The notes: generated by a model from the sequence alone, not told the origin. A stretch of 62,346 nucleotides of DNA, filler included, from Collodictyon triciliatum (GCA_043381765.1; 11 parts of 11 records of this genome joined end to end with filler, not necessarily neighbours in it), one strand, 5' to 3'. Counted from the whole stretch's first letter, positions 1 through 13,311 are shown. Translations and numbers: made by a program.

Positions 1-97
1 ATTATCATTATTATTATCATTATTATTATCATTATTATTATCATTATTATTATCATTATTATTATCATTATTATTATCATTATTATTATCATTATTA
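1..97. repeat. (ATTATTATC)n microsatellite at the window start
   Basis: 9-nt tandem unit read directly. Confidence 0.95.
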
Positions 98-904
98 TTT
101 GTTTTTCAAAGGCATGAATCTGATGCTGTGTTTTAAGATACTAATATCTAGAGGGGGATAAGACTTTGGCAAGTAGATATAGCCCTGTTCGTATCTTTTA
201 AGAAGAGGAAAGTGATAGTGTGGAAAATGGGCAGGAGCCAGGGAGTGCATCGGAGTTTGGAGCATACATCGATTGGATCTCACTGCCTGTCTCGTTTTTA
301 GTTTGGTTCTGATTAGGCCGCTTTTCACTTTCGTTTTGTGTGCACAATTAAATAGCGACCGCGATATTGTCTTTTCAAAATAGTAGGAAAAAAAGAAGAA
401 GAAAAAAAAAGAGAAAAAAACAGCTTGGGCTGTAGAAAGATCAAAGTTGATTGATTTTGAAACAGACCGAGCCGCAAGCCTTGTCCGCGTTCGTCGTCTG
501 CTTCTCTTTCCCACATTGCTTGTTGTTTCGTCAAAGTGTCTTTCCTGCGTGCACACTTTTGTTAACCCAGTGGATCGGGTTTACTAATCTTTCGATTGGT
601 ATATTCCTTCCAGTAATAGGTGAATAAAGGAGCTGACTTCACACGCTCATGTGTTTCCAGAGAGAAAAGGGCATGTGTAGTTCTGTGCATTCGCGCTAAT
701 ACTGGCTCTGCGCAAGGAAACAGCAGACAAGCCAGCGAACATAAAAGAATATATATGTGTGTGGAATGGGCAGATAGGTTGTATTAAATCTTTGGAAGTG
801 AATAATCTTTCCAGTGAGCGTTTTTATTCATATCGCGACACTCGATGGCGATGGCTGCATGACGTGATTTCAAGTGGTGTGATAAGGGGACATTGGGACA
901 GAAA

Positions 905-1671
905 CTAGAACGCGCCGCCAACTTGCTGCTGCATCACGTCGATTTGCTCGTCATCCTCGAACCCGAGCTGCGGGATTATGGAGGAAGGAAGGGAAAAAAA
1001 AACAAAGACAGATATCCCAGTATTAATCAAAATAAGGCACCAATTAGAATCCGCCGTCAAACCTTAATGATCTTTTGACGAGGGAGGATCTGAGAGAATC
1101 ATATCATAATGGCTTTACATGTATTATGAATCTACATACCGATTTTGGGGTTTGGTCCGGCTGAATGAAGTTTCCGTCGGCACTAAGAAAGCGAAGGGTC
1201 TCCATTCTGTCCATTAACAAAACATATTAGAGGCAACCAGCAGAAATCGAATGTAGCATAATTGGCCAGGAAATCAGGATGGATGATATGCACCTGACAC
1301 CCTTGCGATCTGCGTAGGCCTTGAAGACCTTGAGCATTTTCGTCGTGTTTTTTACTTTGAAAAGGATTTCTTCGCCATTCTGTCGTGTGTTGGGTTTATT
1401 AATATCACTGAAGGGAATCGCTAATGTGTTCTTCCAAGAAGTGGGGTGTATTCTCTTGAAAGAAAAACAGAAAATAAAAGCGGTACGTGGACGCGATCCA
1501 AATATCTTCATCGATACAAGCATGGACGGCATGGCTTTACGGAAAAAACAAAACAAAACAAAAAAAACAAAAAAAACAAAAAAAAAATAAAGCAAAAAAA
1601 AAAAGGGCTTTGCTTACTGCATCACGAACGTGCAGCGTGATTTTCTCGTCAGCCTCTTCAGTCGGGTCCAT
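905..1671 (-). CDS. SUMO: SUMO (small ubiquitin-like modifier), 4 exons
   Basis: GT-AG splicing gives MDPTEEADEKITLHVRDA|NGEEILFKVKNTTKMLKVFKAYADRKGVR|METLRFLSADGNFIQPDQTPKS|LGFEDDEQIDVMQQQVGG-AF*. SUMO signatures FKVK, LRF, DQTP and QxGG plus a short propeptide are present. Confidence 0.95.
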
Positions 1672-2797
1672 TTGCTTAGTTGTACTTTGTCTCTGGTATT
1701 GTTTTGCTTTAGTCCAGTGAAAAATAATTCTTTCTTAAAAGGTGCGATTCTAGCATTACAGTCAGAAAGCGTATGTCCTTTGGGTATACACTATGAAACA
1801 TGCGAAAAACTGATGCTAGGATTCATTCTCTCATATGATTCGCCTAACAGGAAGCTTTCTTCCCTTTCTATTCGATTTTTTTTATTTTATTTTTTTTAAC
1901 AAAAGGCATCGACGCAGTGAGTGACTTTTCAAACAAAAAATTAAATAAAAAGTGTTGAAAAGAAGGTGTTGGCCTTCACACAGTAAAAATAAAAACGCGC
2001 ATCCTTGAGGCTTGGGGGAAGTAGGTCGTGTGAGGCAATAGAGAAAAGGGGGGTGCGATTGTTGTCTGTTCAGCTATTGAGCAATAGAAGAGTTGCCCTC
2101 TGTTCTTGCCGGTCGCCTCGCTATGCTGCAAGGGTGAAAGCAAGAGACATGCTTTGCACTCGCACAAATAAGAATTCAGTTATCATCGTGTGACGAAGAG
2201 GTCATGGACAACGATAGCAAAAAAGAAAAAAAAACCGCAGGATCCCTCCGATCTTCCTCTGTTTGTGGTGATTTGGAATCTCTCGAAACATAAAGCCTCC
2301 ATCAAACGTGCGATCACGAGATGAATCAGCACAAATATTCAATGGATCAATCGCGGTGGCCTTAATTCCGCAAATAGAATATTCGTTAAGTGAAAGATGT
2401 TCGCCCCAAAATTGTATCCCGGTTGTCATAGATTCGTTACAGAAGGGTGTAGTCGTTACTTTTATAGGCTTGCGAGTTGAAGTAGACTTTCGGCAGAAGA
2501 TAAAGTAATGGTTCTTGGTGATATGGTGTATGTGCGAGTTGTGGCTCCGGTTTACTCCGAGATCACACCGCATTGCCCTGGTGTGTTTGCGTGCGAAAGA
2601 TAGATGGATATTATATGGAAAATCTGGTTGAAAATTTGCCGTATTGCATAAATAAAAATGTTTTTTTTCTCTATCGTGGAGGCAAGGATGCAAAGTTCTG
2701 CTATAATCCTGGTATTCATGAGACACATGAAGCACTTGAGGCCTCGCTCTTGAAATAATATATTTTTTTTAAGACGACCAATGAATATGAGATCCAA

Positions 2798-5700
2798 TTA
2801 GAGGCGAGTATGTCCGGAGCCATGGTAGAGCTCTTTCAGTATAAACCTTCAAGACATAAGGGAAGATAAAGAGAGAAAAGAAAAAAAAGGATTACAAAAT
2901 TTGAAGTATACTGGCGACCTGCGAAGATGAGACAGCATTTAGTGCAAATATAAGAGGATATACATACGCATTAGACAACAACAATTCTATGTCATTGACA
3001 CTCCAATTTTCTGTGGGCATATGCTGCAGAAACATCAGAGTTTCTTGGAAATCCTTTCCTTGAATCTTCGAAGACCATGACCGCAGAAATGATGCGCAAA
3101 CATACAGATGGAACCCAACGAATCCGTTCTCTTCTACCAGATACGTGTCCCACATTCGAATGATATGCTTGAGAGGAATCTCTCGAATTAAGAAACAGTT
3201 CATCCAACGGAAAGCAAATTGAAGAAATTGGATTTGGTGCGCCTCCAGGTGGGAGTAAAGCAGGGCTAAAGCGGAAAAAAGTTTCCAGAAAGGTATCAAG
3301 CATTATTTTTCGTTTTTTCGTTCTGCGTGACGAGCCAAAGCCATCCATTTAATGTGATTGAGCTTTACTTCGAATAATAAAAACATATATACGAAAAAAC
3401 CAGGGTGCTGGTAAGAAAAAGAAAAAGGCATATTGAAAAAATACGTTCAGTCTTGGCAATTAGTTCCTTGAGTCGATGCACTTGCCGTTGAATCCCAGGT
3501 TGGGCAAATGTATAATTATCCTATTTTGATAATGGTATTTATTCACTTGGAATACTTGTATTGCTTCAGATATAAACCATTAAAAGAGAGCGAACTAGTT
3601 TCAAGTGTGATAATGAGAAGCACGCAAATGAATTTCCAACTAGCGCCATGGTTAATTCTTACCTGAATGCTATCCAGCAATTTAGATAAGCACCAATAGC
3701 TATCAGCTTCAACAACAGAAAGGTTTTCAGAAGAGACTTTTGAAATATCACATGTATCTACATCCCCGTCTGGCGGTTGCAAAATTGTTAGTTGCGAATA
3801 TTTTTTTATCTTGGATAAATATATGTTCATTAAATATGTCACTAGTTTGATTAATTTATACAACAGGATTATGTAAAATAAGAATGCACGTATTCTTAAT
3901 TCTTAATATTCAAGACATGCAACACTGACCTACAAATTGGGACAAAAATATAACGAAAAAAGGCGTAACAAGGTCGTTGATTCCCTGCACATATCCACTC
4001 GCAGGATGGCGGATAGACCAGACATATAGAATTCTCTCTAAAATCTTTTTATGTACATGACTTTTATTCCTCTTTCAGTTTGCAAATATCGTGAGTTTCT
4101 TTCTTGGTACATACTCAAGGAAACCTTCGAATTAAAAATCAAACCTCTTGAACAACAGTCTGTTGGAAAAGGGGAACCAACGGGTGCGTTCTAGGCATAT
4201 CGATATGTATCTGCAGTTTTATTTTACGGGGGGAATTAATTACGCAACGTTGACGTGTTACGAATGGTGCATAATATCAGCTCTAGCAAATAGCCCCCTT
4301 TTTAAAAAAAAAAAATTATAAAAATTTACCCCTACAATTATTTTTACATAAAATGAAGCTGAAACCTGTCTGAATATGCCCTCTTCGTATTCTGTTCTTT
4401 CCGTTGCATCTTCTCCAAAGTACCTTTTGAGGCATTCGAAATACTCATTTCTCTTCCGAGCTAGCGTGGACTCACGTCTATCCGAATTACAAGGCAAGTA
4501 GTCCTATTGTTTCATTGATCCATCTTGAATTTCAACAACTAAAGTTCTAATCAGTTCACGGAATATTATTTGAAACTTTTGCGCCATAGTAGTTACACCA
4601 TACAGAGTTCTAATGTAAATATGCGTGGTACGAAGCCTACCATTAATAACTGCCAAACCATCGGGCGTACTTCACTGGGAATACCTGACCAACTCAAGCG
4701 CTTCAACTCACCTTCGCCAAGTAAATTCGTTTTTAATTGAAAAAATAAATTAAATCATGATGAATAATTTTTATTACTAAAAATAATCTATTCACTGCCA
4801 ATCAAAATTACCGATTAATGAAATACTTTGAAGAATGTACAAGAATACTACGATGAGAGGCGAATTATTACCGAGATCTATGTGTGGCTGTTCGAGCACT
4901 TTGCGGAATTTAGAAAGCTTGGAGCCTTCGTAGTCAAACACAGGTATTTTTGAATCATCCGTTGAGATTTTGCATTCTGTCTTTGGCGAAGTGCCGTCTG
5001 CTATATTACTAACCACCTTGATTGATGAATTCGGTTAATTAGTCCGAAAACAAACTCGCTTTGCTGCGGTTGGCATTACTATTGGTATTATCAAACTACA
5101 TTTCAAAGATTAAATCATGGCATCACAAACGTCCCCACGAAGAATGCACTCCGGTGAAGTGAAATCTGAGCTAAAAGTTGCTCTGCGTCCACCAGACGTT
5201 CTTGGGTTATTTACCCTTCATGAAAAAACATAAACTTTTTTGAATGACTTATCCTAATTCAATACGATTCGTATTTTAAAATGAAGTGAATCGTCTGTTT
5301 GTAAAATGATACAATAGCAAACCCTCTGAGCTCTGTGGTTAACCGAGACAATACACTCCCAAACGTTCTGGTTGGATTCGAATCCCTTCTCGTCCTCGAA
5401 AACTTTTTTAAAAACGACAACCCGTTTGAAGGCAATTCATTTGTTTCAGAAGCCTCAGATGCAAGATTTGTAAAGCTTGCCGGAGCCGAACGCGGCATCC
5501 CAGAAAGCTCTTCAGCTCTGTCCAAAGTCACTGACTTACGTGCCATCGCCGGAGACATTCTTTTCACAGCGGCGCGTTGAGGAAAAGCAAATGAGAAGAT
5601 CCCTCTTTCGGACTCGCTCTTTTGGCCATCTGATTGTAAAGTAGACGATTGCGGGTCAAGAGACTGGGCGAATCCTGGGAACTGAAAAATAGAGCCGGAC

Positions 5701-6080
5701 GAAACAGGGTGGTTACTTTGTTGAGCTTCGCTTTGTTGAGTGGCTGAAGGATTTGAATCCATAGGTGCTTCTGTGATGACTGTGATGGCTGGATGAGTAG
5801 TTGCATCGACAAGCGGAGACGGTGGTAGTGATTCTGTTGCAGAAGAGTCCTTTAAGGAGGCATAGTCGAGTCCGGCGCTGTGCATGCCTGTACTTTTGGG
5901 AGGCAAAGGCTGCTGTGTGGATTCCAAGGCGGAGTTTGTCACGCAGATCGGACTGAGCTGGGCAATTGTGTTGCTGTGTGAAGAGGACGGCTGCGAAGCT
6001 TGGGTGATTCGTGCAGGTGGATTCTTTGGAGACAAAAAGTCGCTGAGTTTGCTCGTGAGTTTCGAGGATAGATCAGCCAT
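2798..6080 (-). CDS. TBC1D22: TBC-domain Rab GTPase-activating protein (GYP1/TBC1D22 family) with a long disordered N-terminus, multi-exon
   Basis: Exons encode LSWSGIPSEVRPMVWQLLM, GYVQGINDLVTPF, EADSYWCLSKLLDSIQ, FLQFAFRWMNCFLIRE and IRMWDTYL. The last exon is AFILKELYHGSGHTRL*. The start is taken as the first ATG (MADLSSK). Confidence 0.92.
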
Positions 6081-6296
6081 TCTGTGCACGGCTGAAGTCG
6101 GCAAGAGTCCGGGTGGGTAGAAGCGCTGGCTTTTTTTTTCCACAGAGGTTCTCTTTTAGAATGGTTTTCTTTCCTTCTTGAGCACATTCTTTTTGTTTCT
6201 TGGTGGCTTTTTATTGTCTTTTTTATTCATATGAAAACGTTTATCATCTACGTGACCATTCCGTTACTTTTATTTTTCTTCTTTTATTCATTTTCC

Positions 6297-6299
<3 letters not shown>

Positions 6300-6374
<75 letters not shown>

Positions 6375-6400
6375 TACTACTACTACTATTATTGTTATTA

Positions 6401-6465
<65 letters not shown>

Positions 6466-6529
6466 GTTATTATTGTTATTGTTATTATTGTTATTATTGT
6501 TATTATTGTTATTATTATTATTATTATTA
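6300..6529. repeat. (ATT)n/(GTT)n/(ACT)n microsatellite at a contig end
   Basis: Read directly. Confidence 0.95.
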
Positions 6530-6629
6530 NNNNNNNNNNNNNNNNNNNNNNNNNNNNNNNNNNNNNNNNNNNNTTAATTAATTAANNNNNNNNNNNNNNN
6601 NNNNNNNNNNNNNNNNNNNNNNNNNNNNN
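6530..6629. other. Artificial contig linker N44-TTAATTAATTAA-N44 (also at 13156-13255, 19781-19880, 26402-26501, 33022-33121, 39639-39738, 46257-46356, 52872-52971, 59487-59586, 60911-61010)
   Basis: Identical 100-nt spacer with stops in all frames. Most contigs between spacers are 6526 to 6515 nt in roughly decreasing order; one is 1324 nt. Confidence 0.98.
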
Positions 6630-6644
6630 TTTTTGTGTTTTTTT

Positions 6645-6693
<49 letters not shown>

Positions 6694-7279
6694 CTGGTTT
6701 TTTTTTTTTAAAAAAAAAGTGACTGAGTGAGTGGGAGTGTGAGTGGGAGAGCGAGAGAAAGCGAGAGCAACCCATTTCATATCGTTAGAAAAAGACATTT
6801 CATTAGGAAGTTCCACTCATTCATATCAAGCACATACCGCACACATCCACCTACATACCCAAATACAGTATTTCAGCTCATCTATTTGTTTTGCTCCTTG
6901 CATTCATCCTCTAGTTCTGAAGCCCGGCAGCTAATCCGCTGAATGGCCGTCTATCTTCCTGATCTGGAATTTATAGTGTTTCTCATGCCTCGCCATAAGC
7001 ACAGCTGCCAAGCGGAGTTCACTTTCTTTGCCGTGGTGGGCAATTCCACCAGCAAGGTGCATCCGTATGTCTGTGCCGAAGTGAAATAAATTAAAGTTCC
7101 AAACAAGGTATGAATAGATAGGGTGGTGCGGAGAAAGAGGTGTGGAAGTTGTGGGCGCCTCTGGGCCATTGCAGCTGTGTTATCTGCGGAAGCAACGTTG
7201 GATGTTGAGGTGAGTAGATGTGCTTGATCGTCCTTTGAATCTGGGGAAGAGAGAGAGAGGGTATTCGTCTGACGTAGCT

Positions 7280-7540
7280 TTTCTTTTCTTCTCTTTTCTC
7301 TTCTTTTATTTTCTTTTCTTCTCTTTTCTTCTCTTTTATTTTCTTTTATTTTCTTTTATTTTCTTTTATTTTCTTTTATTTTCTTTTATTTTCTTTTATT
7401 TTCTTTTATTTTCTTTTGTTTTGTTTTGTTTTGTTTTGTTTTGTTTTGTTTTGTTTTGTTTTGTTTTGTTTTGTTTTGTTTTGTTTTGTTTTGTTTTGTT
7501 TTGTTTTGTTTGCTTGTTTGCTTGTTTGCTTGTTTGCGTG
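7280..7540. repeat. Compound (TTTTC/TTTTA)n-(TTTTG)n microsatellite
   Basis: Read directly. Confidence 0.9.
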
Positions 7541-7603
7541 TTCCGTGGAACGGGATAAACATCTTCGGCGCTGCTTTACATAGAGCTACACTCCTTACAA
7601 CCG

Positions 7604-9123
7604 ATGTCTGTGGAACTCTCGGCTATCGTTGTTCCAGGTTATCTCCAATCTTACATTTTTACTCGGTTTTCTTGTCATTTTTTTCATATTTATGAAAAAG
7701 AAAAAGAAAGGAAGCATCTGTACATTCATTTACATGTATTCATTACAGGTCAGCGGCTCGGGCCTTGCCTAGAGTATACTGCCGGGGTTGGCACGTTTGT
7801 TCGAAACGATCATGTATACGCAGCCTGTGTGGGAGTCCGGCGAGTCCATATTGGAAACACAAATGCAGTTTGTGTTTTCATTTTGGAATGAGATAATTAT
7901 ATATGAATGTATTATTTTTTTCTCCCTTTATTTGATACATGATTGTATTCTAACAATCGTATGGCTTTGTATCGGAAAAAAAAAAACGAAATAATACTTT
8001 GCCTTGGTTTTGTTTTGTTTTCATATTTGTTTTTGTATTTGTATTTTATCTTTCGGTCATTACCTGCCTCGATATCATATAAAAAAAACACATTTATCTC
8101 ACATAGGTACCCACAGTGAGCGTAGAACAGTACCAAGAATCGACATTAGTTCCTGAAATTGGTTGTGTTGTCATCGGAAAGGTTTCAATATTAGTATTTC
8201 GCATAGATATTGCCTCTCTGACAGAGTGACAGAAAGAGATTTTTACCACGCATGGACTAGATTGTAATGATTCATGCAAATTGTTGTATTCTGCTTAATA
8301 TGTTCTTCTAAATGTTAGGTGACTAAGATTACCACTCGATTTGCGAACGTTGCAATTGAATGTGTCGGTTCACAGGCTTTGAAGGAGAGCTATTTGGGAA
8401 TGATTAGGTTTCTTTTCTGGAGAGATAAAAAAAATATTAATACAGCTGAGAGTTTTTTCTTGTTTTTTTTTTCCCTCTGTCATTCCATTCAATCTATCTG
8501 CATCCGAGATATATAATCAATATCTTTTTATCTCAACAGTGCGGCACCGCATCCAAAAACACCTCCGTGTCGATACTCACGTATTTAAACCATACAGACT
8601 GCAAGATGTGCGACAAACTGAAGTGGACAAAATACAAATACATCAATGCTTTCGCCCTGGTGATGTTGTTCGCGCAGAAGTTGTATGTTTATGATTTAAT
8701 TAACCTTGCCATTATGACCCGCAGTGTCTTCTTTTTTCTCGCCCATATTTATATCATTCACATGATATTACTTTATTTTACAATCATGGTGTTTATCGCG
8801 GCGATATTTTAGATTTCACTTGGAGATGCTCGCTCATATTATCTGTCGACAGCTAAGAACGACCTTGGAGTGATTTTTGCCCGAAGCGAAGCAGGTCTGC
8901 ATCTTATTTCAATACGTGCTTCATTCGTATTTCATCTGCGATAGACAGGGAAAACTGCAAACCTGCCAAAAGGCCCCGCCAAAGATTCGTTTTTGCTACG
9001 GTCAGATTACATGTGTTTAACATGCATGATTTAGGTGCAACGATGATTCCTGTGAGCTGGGAAGAGTTTGTTTGCCCCAAGACAGGAATGAAGGAAAGGA
9101 GGAAAGTGGCAAAGGTGGAATAG
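7604..9123 (+). CDS. CSL4: RNA exosome component CSL4/EXOSC1, 7 exons
   Basis: Spliced product: MSVELSAIVVPG|QRLG...|VPTVSVEQYQESTLVPEIGCVVIGK|VTKITTRFANVAIECVG...GMIR|LQDVRQTEVDKIQIHQCFRPGDVVRAEV|ISLGDARSYYLSTAKNDLGVIFARSEAG|ATMIPVSWEEFVCPKTGMKERRKVAKVE*. Confidence 0.96.
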
Positions 9124-9644
9124 ACCCCTGATTGGCGTGTTAACAGAGAAAATCATTTTCTCATAAAATGACATTCATCAATAATGAAGAAAATTTCAAC
9201 AGAATAAAATATAATGACAATAAAATTAAAAGAAAATATAGATGAAAAAAAAAACACGTGTTAATAACCAGGTAATTTCATTTTAGGCATGATTTTGCCA
9301 CAAATGATGTCTCACAAGAATCATTTGCGTGTGACATCTCAGTCAAACAGCCTTTTTAAGAGAAAGAGGATATACATTTTGCTCATTTCTAATATATACA
9401 ACCGCATTTCCAGTACTCATTCGAATCGCAACCCTTTTTTTTTTGAGATGACTTTTATAACTAGTTGTTGTACTTCGCTATGCCGTCAAGGTATTAACCT
9501 ATGTTGGCGATGAATACTCAAGTGCCAAACTTGCTTCTCCATTTTTTATATTATTCCAATTTAATTTTTTATTGGTTTTTTTTTGTCACGATATGATTTA
9601 TTTACGGCATCACGATGCCCACCGTTCAAAAAAGACGATGCTCG

Positions 9645-10660
9645 TTAAACAGGAACCCCATTAACCTGCAAGATCTTCTTGCCGGTCTTTTGGATTACAG
9701 CTTGCGTGTCCTCCAGGGAAATGCTTCCTGTCACGACCACACTTTGCTTTTCCAGACTGACTTCGAATGACTCGACGCCTTTCTGCTTGTCTAATCACAG
9801 GGCACGGGTTAGTGTTATTTGCCGACACGTCCACTAAGCAAAGATATTCATGGCCCGATGATGCAACAGTCTCAATGACAGCAAAAAGAAGAAAAAAAGG
9901 AGCACATATGTATGCATGAGACGGTCTCGCTTTTGAATTCGTGGGTAGAGTCTGAGAATCATAGTCGCGTTGCGCCGTGAGCAAAGAAGCGGTGGATTTG
10001 TTAAAGTATGGATACCTGAGGCGACGCGAGTCAGGACTCGTTGAATGGCGTCAGAGCAGCCCGAACAGGGCATTTCGACAAGGAAGGTGTGGGTCTGGAT
10101 GTGTCAGTGTGATGGTCAGTGAGTGGCCAAATGTCTGTCGACAGAATCGCCACAAGGTGAGAAGCTTAAGTTTTTGTTTTTATTTTTGTTTTTATTTTTG
10201 TTTTTATTTTTGTTTGTTTTTATTTGTATATTTGTTTTATATTTGTTTTTATATTTGTTTTTATATTTGTTTTTATATTTGTTTTTATATTTGTTTTTAT
10301 ATTTGTTTTTATATTTGTTTTTGTTTTATTTTTGTTTTATTTTTATATTTTTGTTTTTATATTTTTGTATTTATATTTTTGTATTTATATTTTTGTATTT
10401 ATATTTTTGTATTTATATTTTTGTATTTATATTTTTGTTTTTATATTTTTGTTTTTATTTTTTATTCTTGTATTTGTTTTTGTTTTTGTTTTTGTTTTTG
10501 TTGGTATTCTTTATATTCTTTACTTTCTTTACTTTCTTTATATTCTTTATATTCTTTATATTCTTTATATTCTTTATATTCTTTATGCTCTATTTAGTTT
10601 TTTAGGGACGGATTAGGGTATTTGCGGTGAAAGAGCGCATTAAAAAGGTACCTGCGACAT
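9645..10660 (-). CDS. ATX1: Copper chaperone ATX1/ATOX1 (HMA domain), 3 exons
   Basis: Spliced product: MSQ|THTFLVEMPCSGCSDAIQRVLTRVAS|DKQKGVESFEVSLEKQSVVVTGSISLEDTQAVIQKTGKKILQVNGVPV*. It has MxCxxC and the C-terminal KTGK motif. The 9-nt first exon (10652-10660) is inferred. Confidence 0.9.
10171..10580. repeat. Compound T-rich micro/minisatellite filling ATX1 intron 1
   Basis: Successive units TTTTTGTTTTTA, TATTTGTTTTTA and TTCTTTATA. Confidence 0.9.
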
Positions 10661-11097
10661 CTGGTGCTTGTTAAGGTAGTAGATTTCTTTGAATTCGATA
10701 GCTGCGTGAGGACTCTATCAAAGGCCTTGATTTGTAGGCAGAGAAGGAGGCATTAGCACAATTTGTTGGGCATGTTTGTCTCCCGACCTTCTACACCCAA
10801 CCCCTTTGTTCAGAAGCAGTTTTTACACATTTATTTATATACATTTGATTGATCGATCGACCTCTGCACTTGTTGAATTGTTGATTTTGGCCTTTGCTTT
10901 GTTGGACTGGCTTTGTCTGTCCTTTGGGTTTCTTTGTGTGGTTCATAAAAAGGACGTCTGCTGACGAAGGCCTCCTCCTCTGATAATACACGCGCCTGCA
11001 AAACAGGATACTCGATCGCTGCGGGCGCGGATGACTTGGCTGCTGTTCGATCGCGGGCAGCGAGTTTCTGGATTCGCGGTCTTTCAATAATATTATG

Positions 11098-11286
11098 TAT
11101 CTGGAATTTATTTTAAATAGCTTAAATTCTCATAAAATATTGCAAGTATTTCTCATATTATACATAAATAATGAAAATGTATAATATATTTTATTGAATA
11201 AAGTACAATAACATCAAATTCTGGAACCTTCTATCCACAATCGAATATTTTCGGAAGTTCTGGAAGATTCCATTAAATTCCAGATA
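11098..11286. mobile_element. Candidate MITE with a 13-bp terminal inverted repeat
   Basis: TATCTGGAATTTA (11098-11110) and TAAATTCCAGATA (11274-11286) enclose an AT-rich interior. The outer TA could be a target-site duplication. Confidence 0.4.
11218..11271. promoter_or_regulatory. Two perfect 3-unit heat-shock-element matches (nTTCnnGAAnnTTCn)
   Basis: aTTCtgGAAccTTCt at 11218-11232 and gTTCtgGAAgaTTCc at 11257-11271, between the divergent ATX1 and LRR genes. Confidence 0.4.
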
Positions 11287-11686
11287 TGTGTATATCGATT
11301 GAATTGTTCATTTTTCCCTCTCAAACCTGTCAAAATTGAAGCCAAAGGGATGCCCACAAACAACTTGCAATTTGTAAGAGCCCGCTGTTCTCAGCGTATT
11401 TATTTAATGGATTGACTTGTCACTCCTCACCAAATCGACATAGAAAAACCGGCAAACGAGAGAATTTGCCAAGCAAGAACAGCAAAATGACCCACAAGAA
11501 AACGCCAAAACGAATCAAATAACTTATCTGATGCATGACAAGGAGACAAAATTAACCAAGCAGGATGGGTTTAACATTGCGGCAAAACCCCGCTACTCTC
11601 GAATGTAGCGAGACCCCACTGTCCTACTGACTCAATCATTGTTGGGTCCTCGCTGACAACATGACTCAATAGGTAACCGCGACAAA

Positions 11687-13019
11687 ATGTCGATGCCTCT
11701 GCCACCTCCGCCACCGGCTCAATCGCCTGTCGAGATGCTCAAGTTGGTTAAACCAAACTGGCAGCCGGCAGACAAGCCACTCGCTCAATGCACATCACTG
11801 ACCTTAGAGCCGCGTTTGTATCCGGTTTTTCCCATGGGAATCTTTGAGCTGCTACTGCTCCAGAAGCTATGCTTAGCTTACTGCAAATTGAAGCAACTTG
11901 CACCAGAAATCTCGATGCTCACAGCACTCAAGACGCTGTTGCTGCAAAACAACGAGCTCTCGGCTGTCCCTTCGGGCTTGTCGCTTCTGAAGAACATGGA
12001 AGAGCTGGACTTATCCGGAAACAAGTTCTCCAGCGTACCGTCGGAGATAATGAACCTGCCGTTGCTCAAGAGCTGCAACCTCAGGATGAACAGCCTGTCA
12101 GAAATCCCGGCCGCGATTTCCATTCTGACGTCTCTTGTAGTGCTAGACATTTCTGTGAATGAACTGAAGCACTTGCCCAAAGAGATCTCGGCATTGACTA
12201 ACCTTGTCGAATTCTATTCCTTTCACAACAAACTCACCAGTGTGCCGGAGGAAATCTCTGCCTTGGTTCGTGTTTCGAGGCTCTCCTTGGTGGGTAACAA
12301 GCTCGCGTACCTGCCTGTGGGTATGTCCGCACTTGTAGACCTCAAGCACTTGGAGCTTTCCGATAATAATCTATCGTGGCTCCCCTCTGGTATGTCTACC
12401 CTCACCAATCTGGAGAACTTATCTTTGGCTGAAAATAAGGTACGTTCGCTAAGTGTCTTTGTCATTGACGATAATGCGCCATGATACCTCTCAACAATGT
12501 CGCACAGTCCATTACAAATGAGGGTTCTTGTATAACGATACATTCTAAAATTCAAAGCAGAATAAAATTAACTTGCGTGTGGTGAAGCTGAATAAAATCA
12601 CCCATTTAGATCGAGGAGCTGCCACTGTGGATTACAAGTTTTACAAAGCTAGGAATCCTCTCTATAGACAAAATCGGCTCGGTGAGTTTGAAACGAGCAC
12701 CTGAGGGTATTGTCAACCTTCCATGCTGGAACTATGTCCCTCCAGTTACCTTTGAGATGTTTGCAAGCGGAATAGGACAAGAAAACCCGTTACGAAAGCT
12801 AAAACTCTATCAAATCCCAGTAATATATATTTCATACCATCCAATCAAATGTATTGATATTTGTGTTGAATCGTGTTGATCTGGTCCATCAGCGATTAAA
12901 AAAAGAAAAGAAAGGATATACATGATATAAATATGCCCTTTTCGTTTTGCAGACACCGGTGGCAGAAATCATTCCACAGCCTGAATCTGAAGTTGCCAAA
13001 GTTGTCAAAGAGGGCTTTC
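11687..13019 (+). CDS. Leucine-rich repeat protein, 5' part (probably the N-terminus of an LRR-Roco); truncated by the contig end
   Basis: About 9 regular 23-aa LRRs in exon 11687-12439, then exon 12610-12819 (IEELPLWITSF...KRAPEGIVNLPCW...KLKLYQIP) and exon 12953-13019 (TPVAEIIPQPESEVAKVVKEGF). Confidence 0.85.
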
Positions 13020-13066
13020 GTGAGTCCACATCTTTCATTCTGTCGTGATCCTTTTGTTTTTTTTTT

Positions 13067-13155
<89 letters not shown>

Positions 13156-13255
13156 NNNNNNNNNNNNNNNNNNNNNNNNNNNNNNNNNNNNNNNNNNNNT
13201 TAATTAATTAANNNNNNNNNNNNNNNNNNNNNNNNNNNNNNNNNNNNNNNNNNNN

Positions 13256-13311
<56 letters not shown>

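Noticed and set aside
2202-2735. 177-aa minus-strand ORF between SUMO and the TBC gene
   Set aside because: No recognisable motif and a non-ATG start; it lies where the TBC 3' UTR is expected.
6200-6581. Poly-Leu/Tyr/Ile, poly-Phe and poly-Lys ORFs here and at other contig ends
   Set aside because: Translations of microsatellites and N runs.
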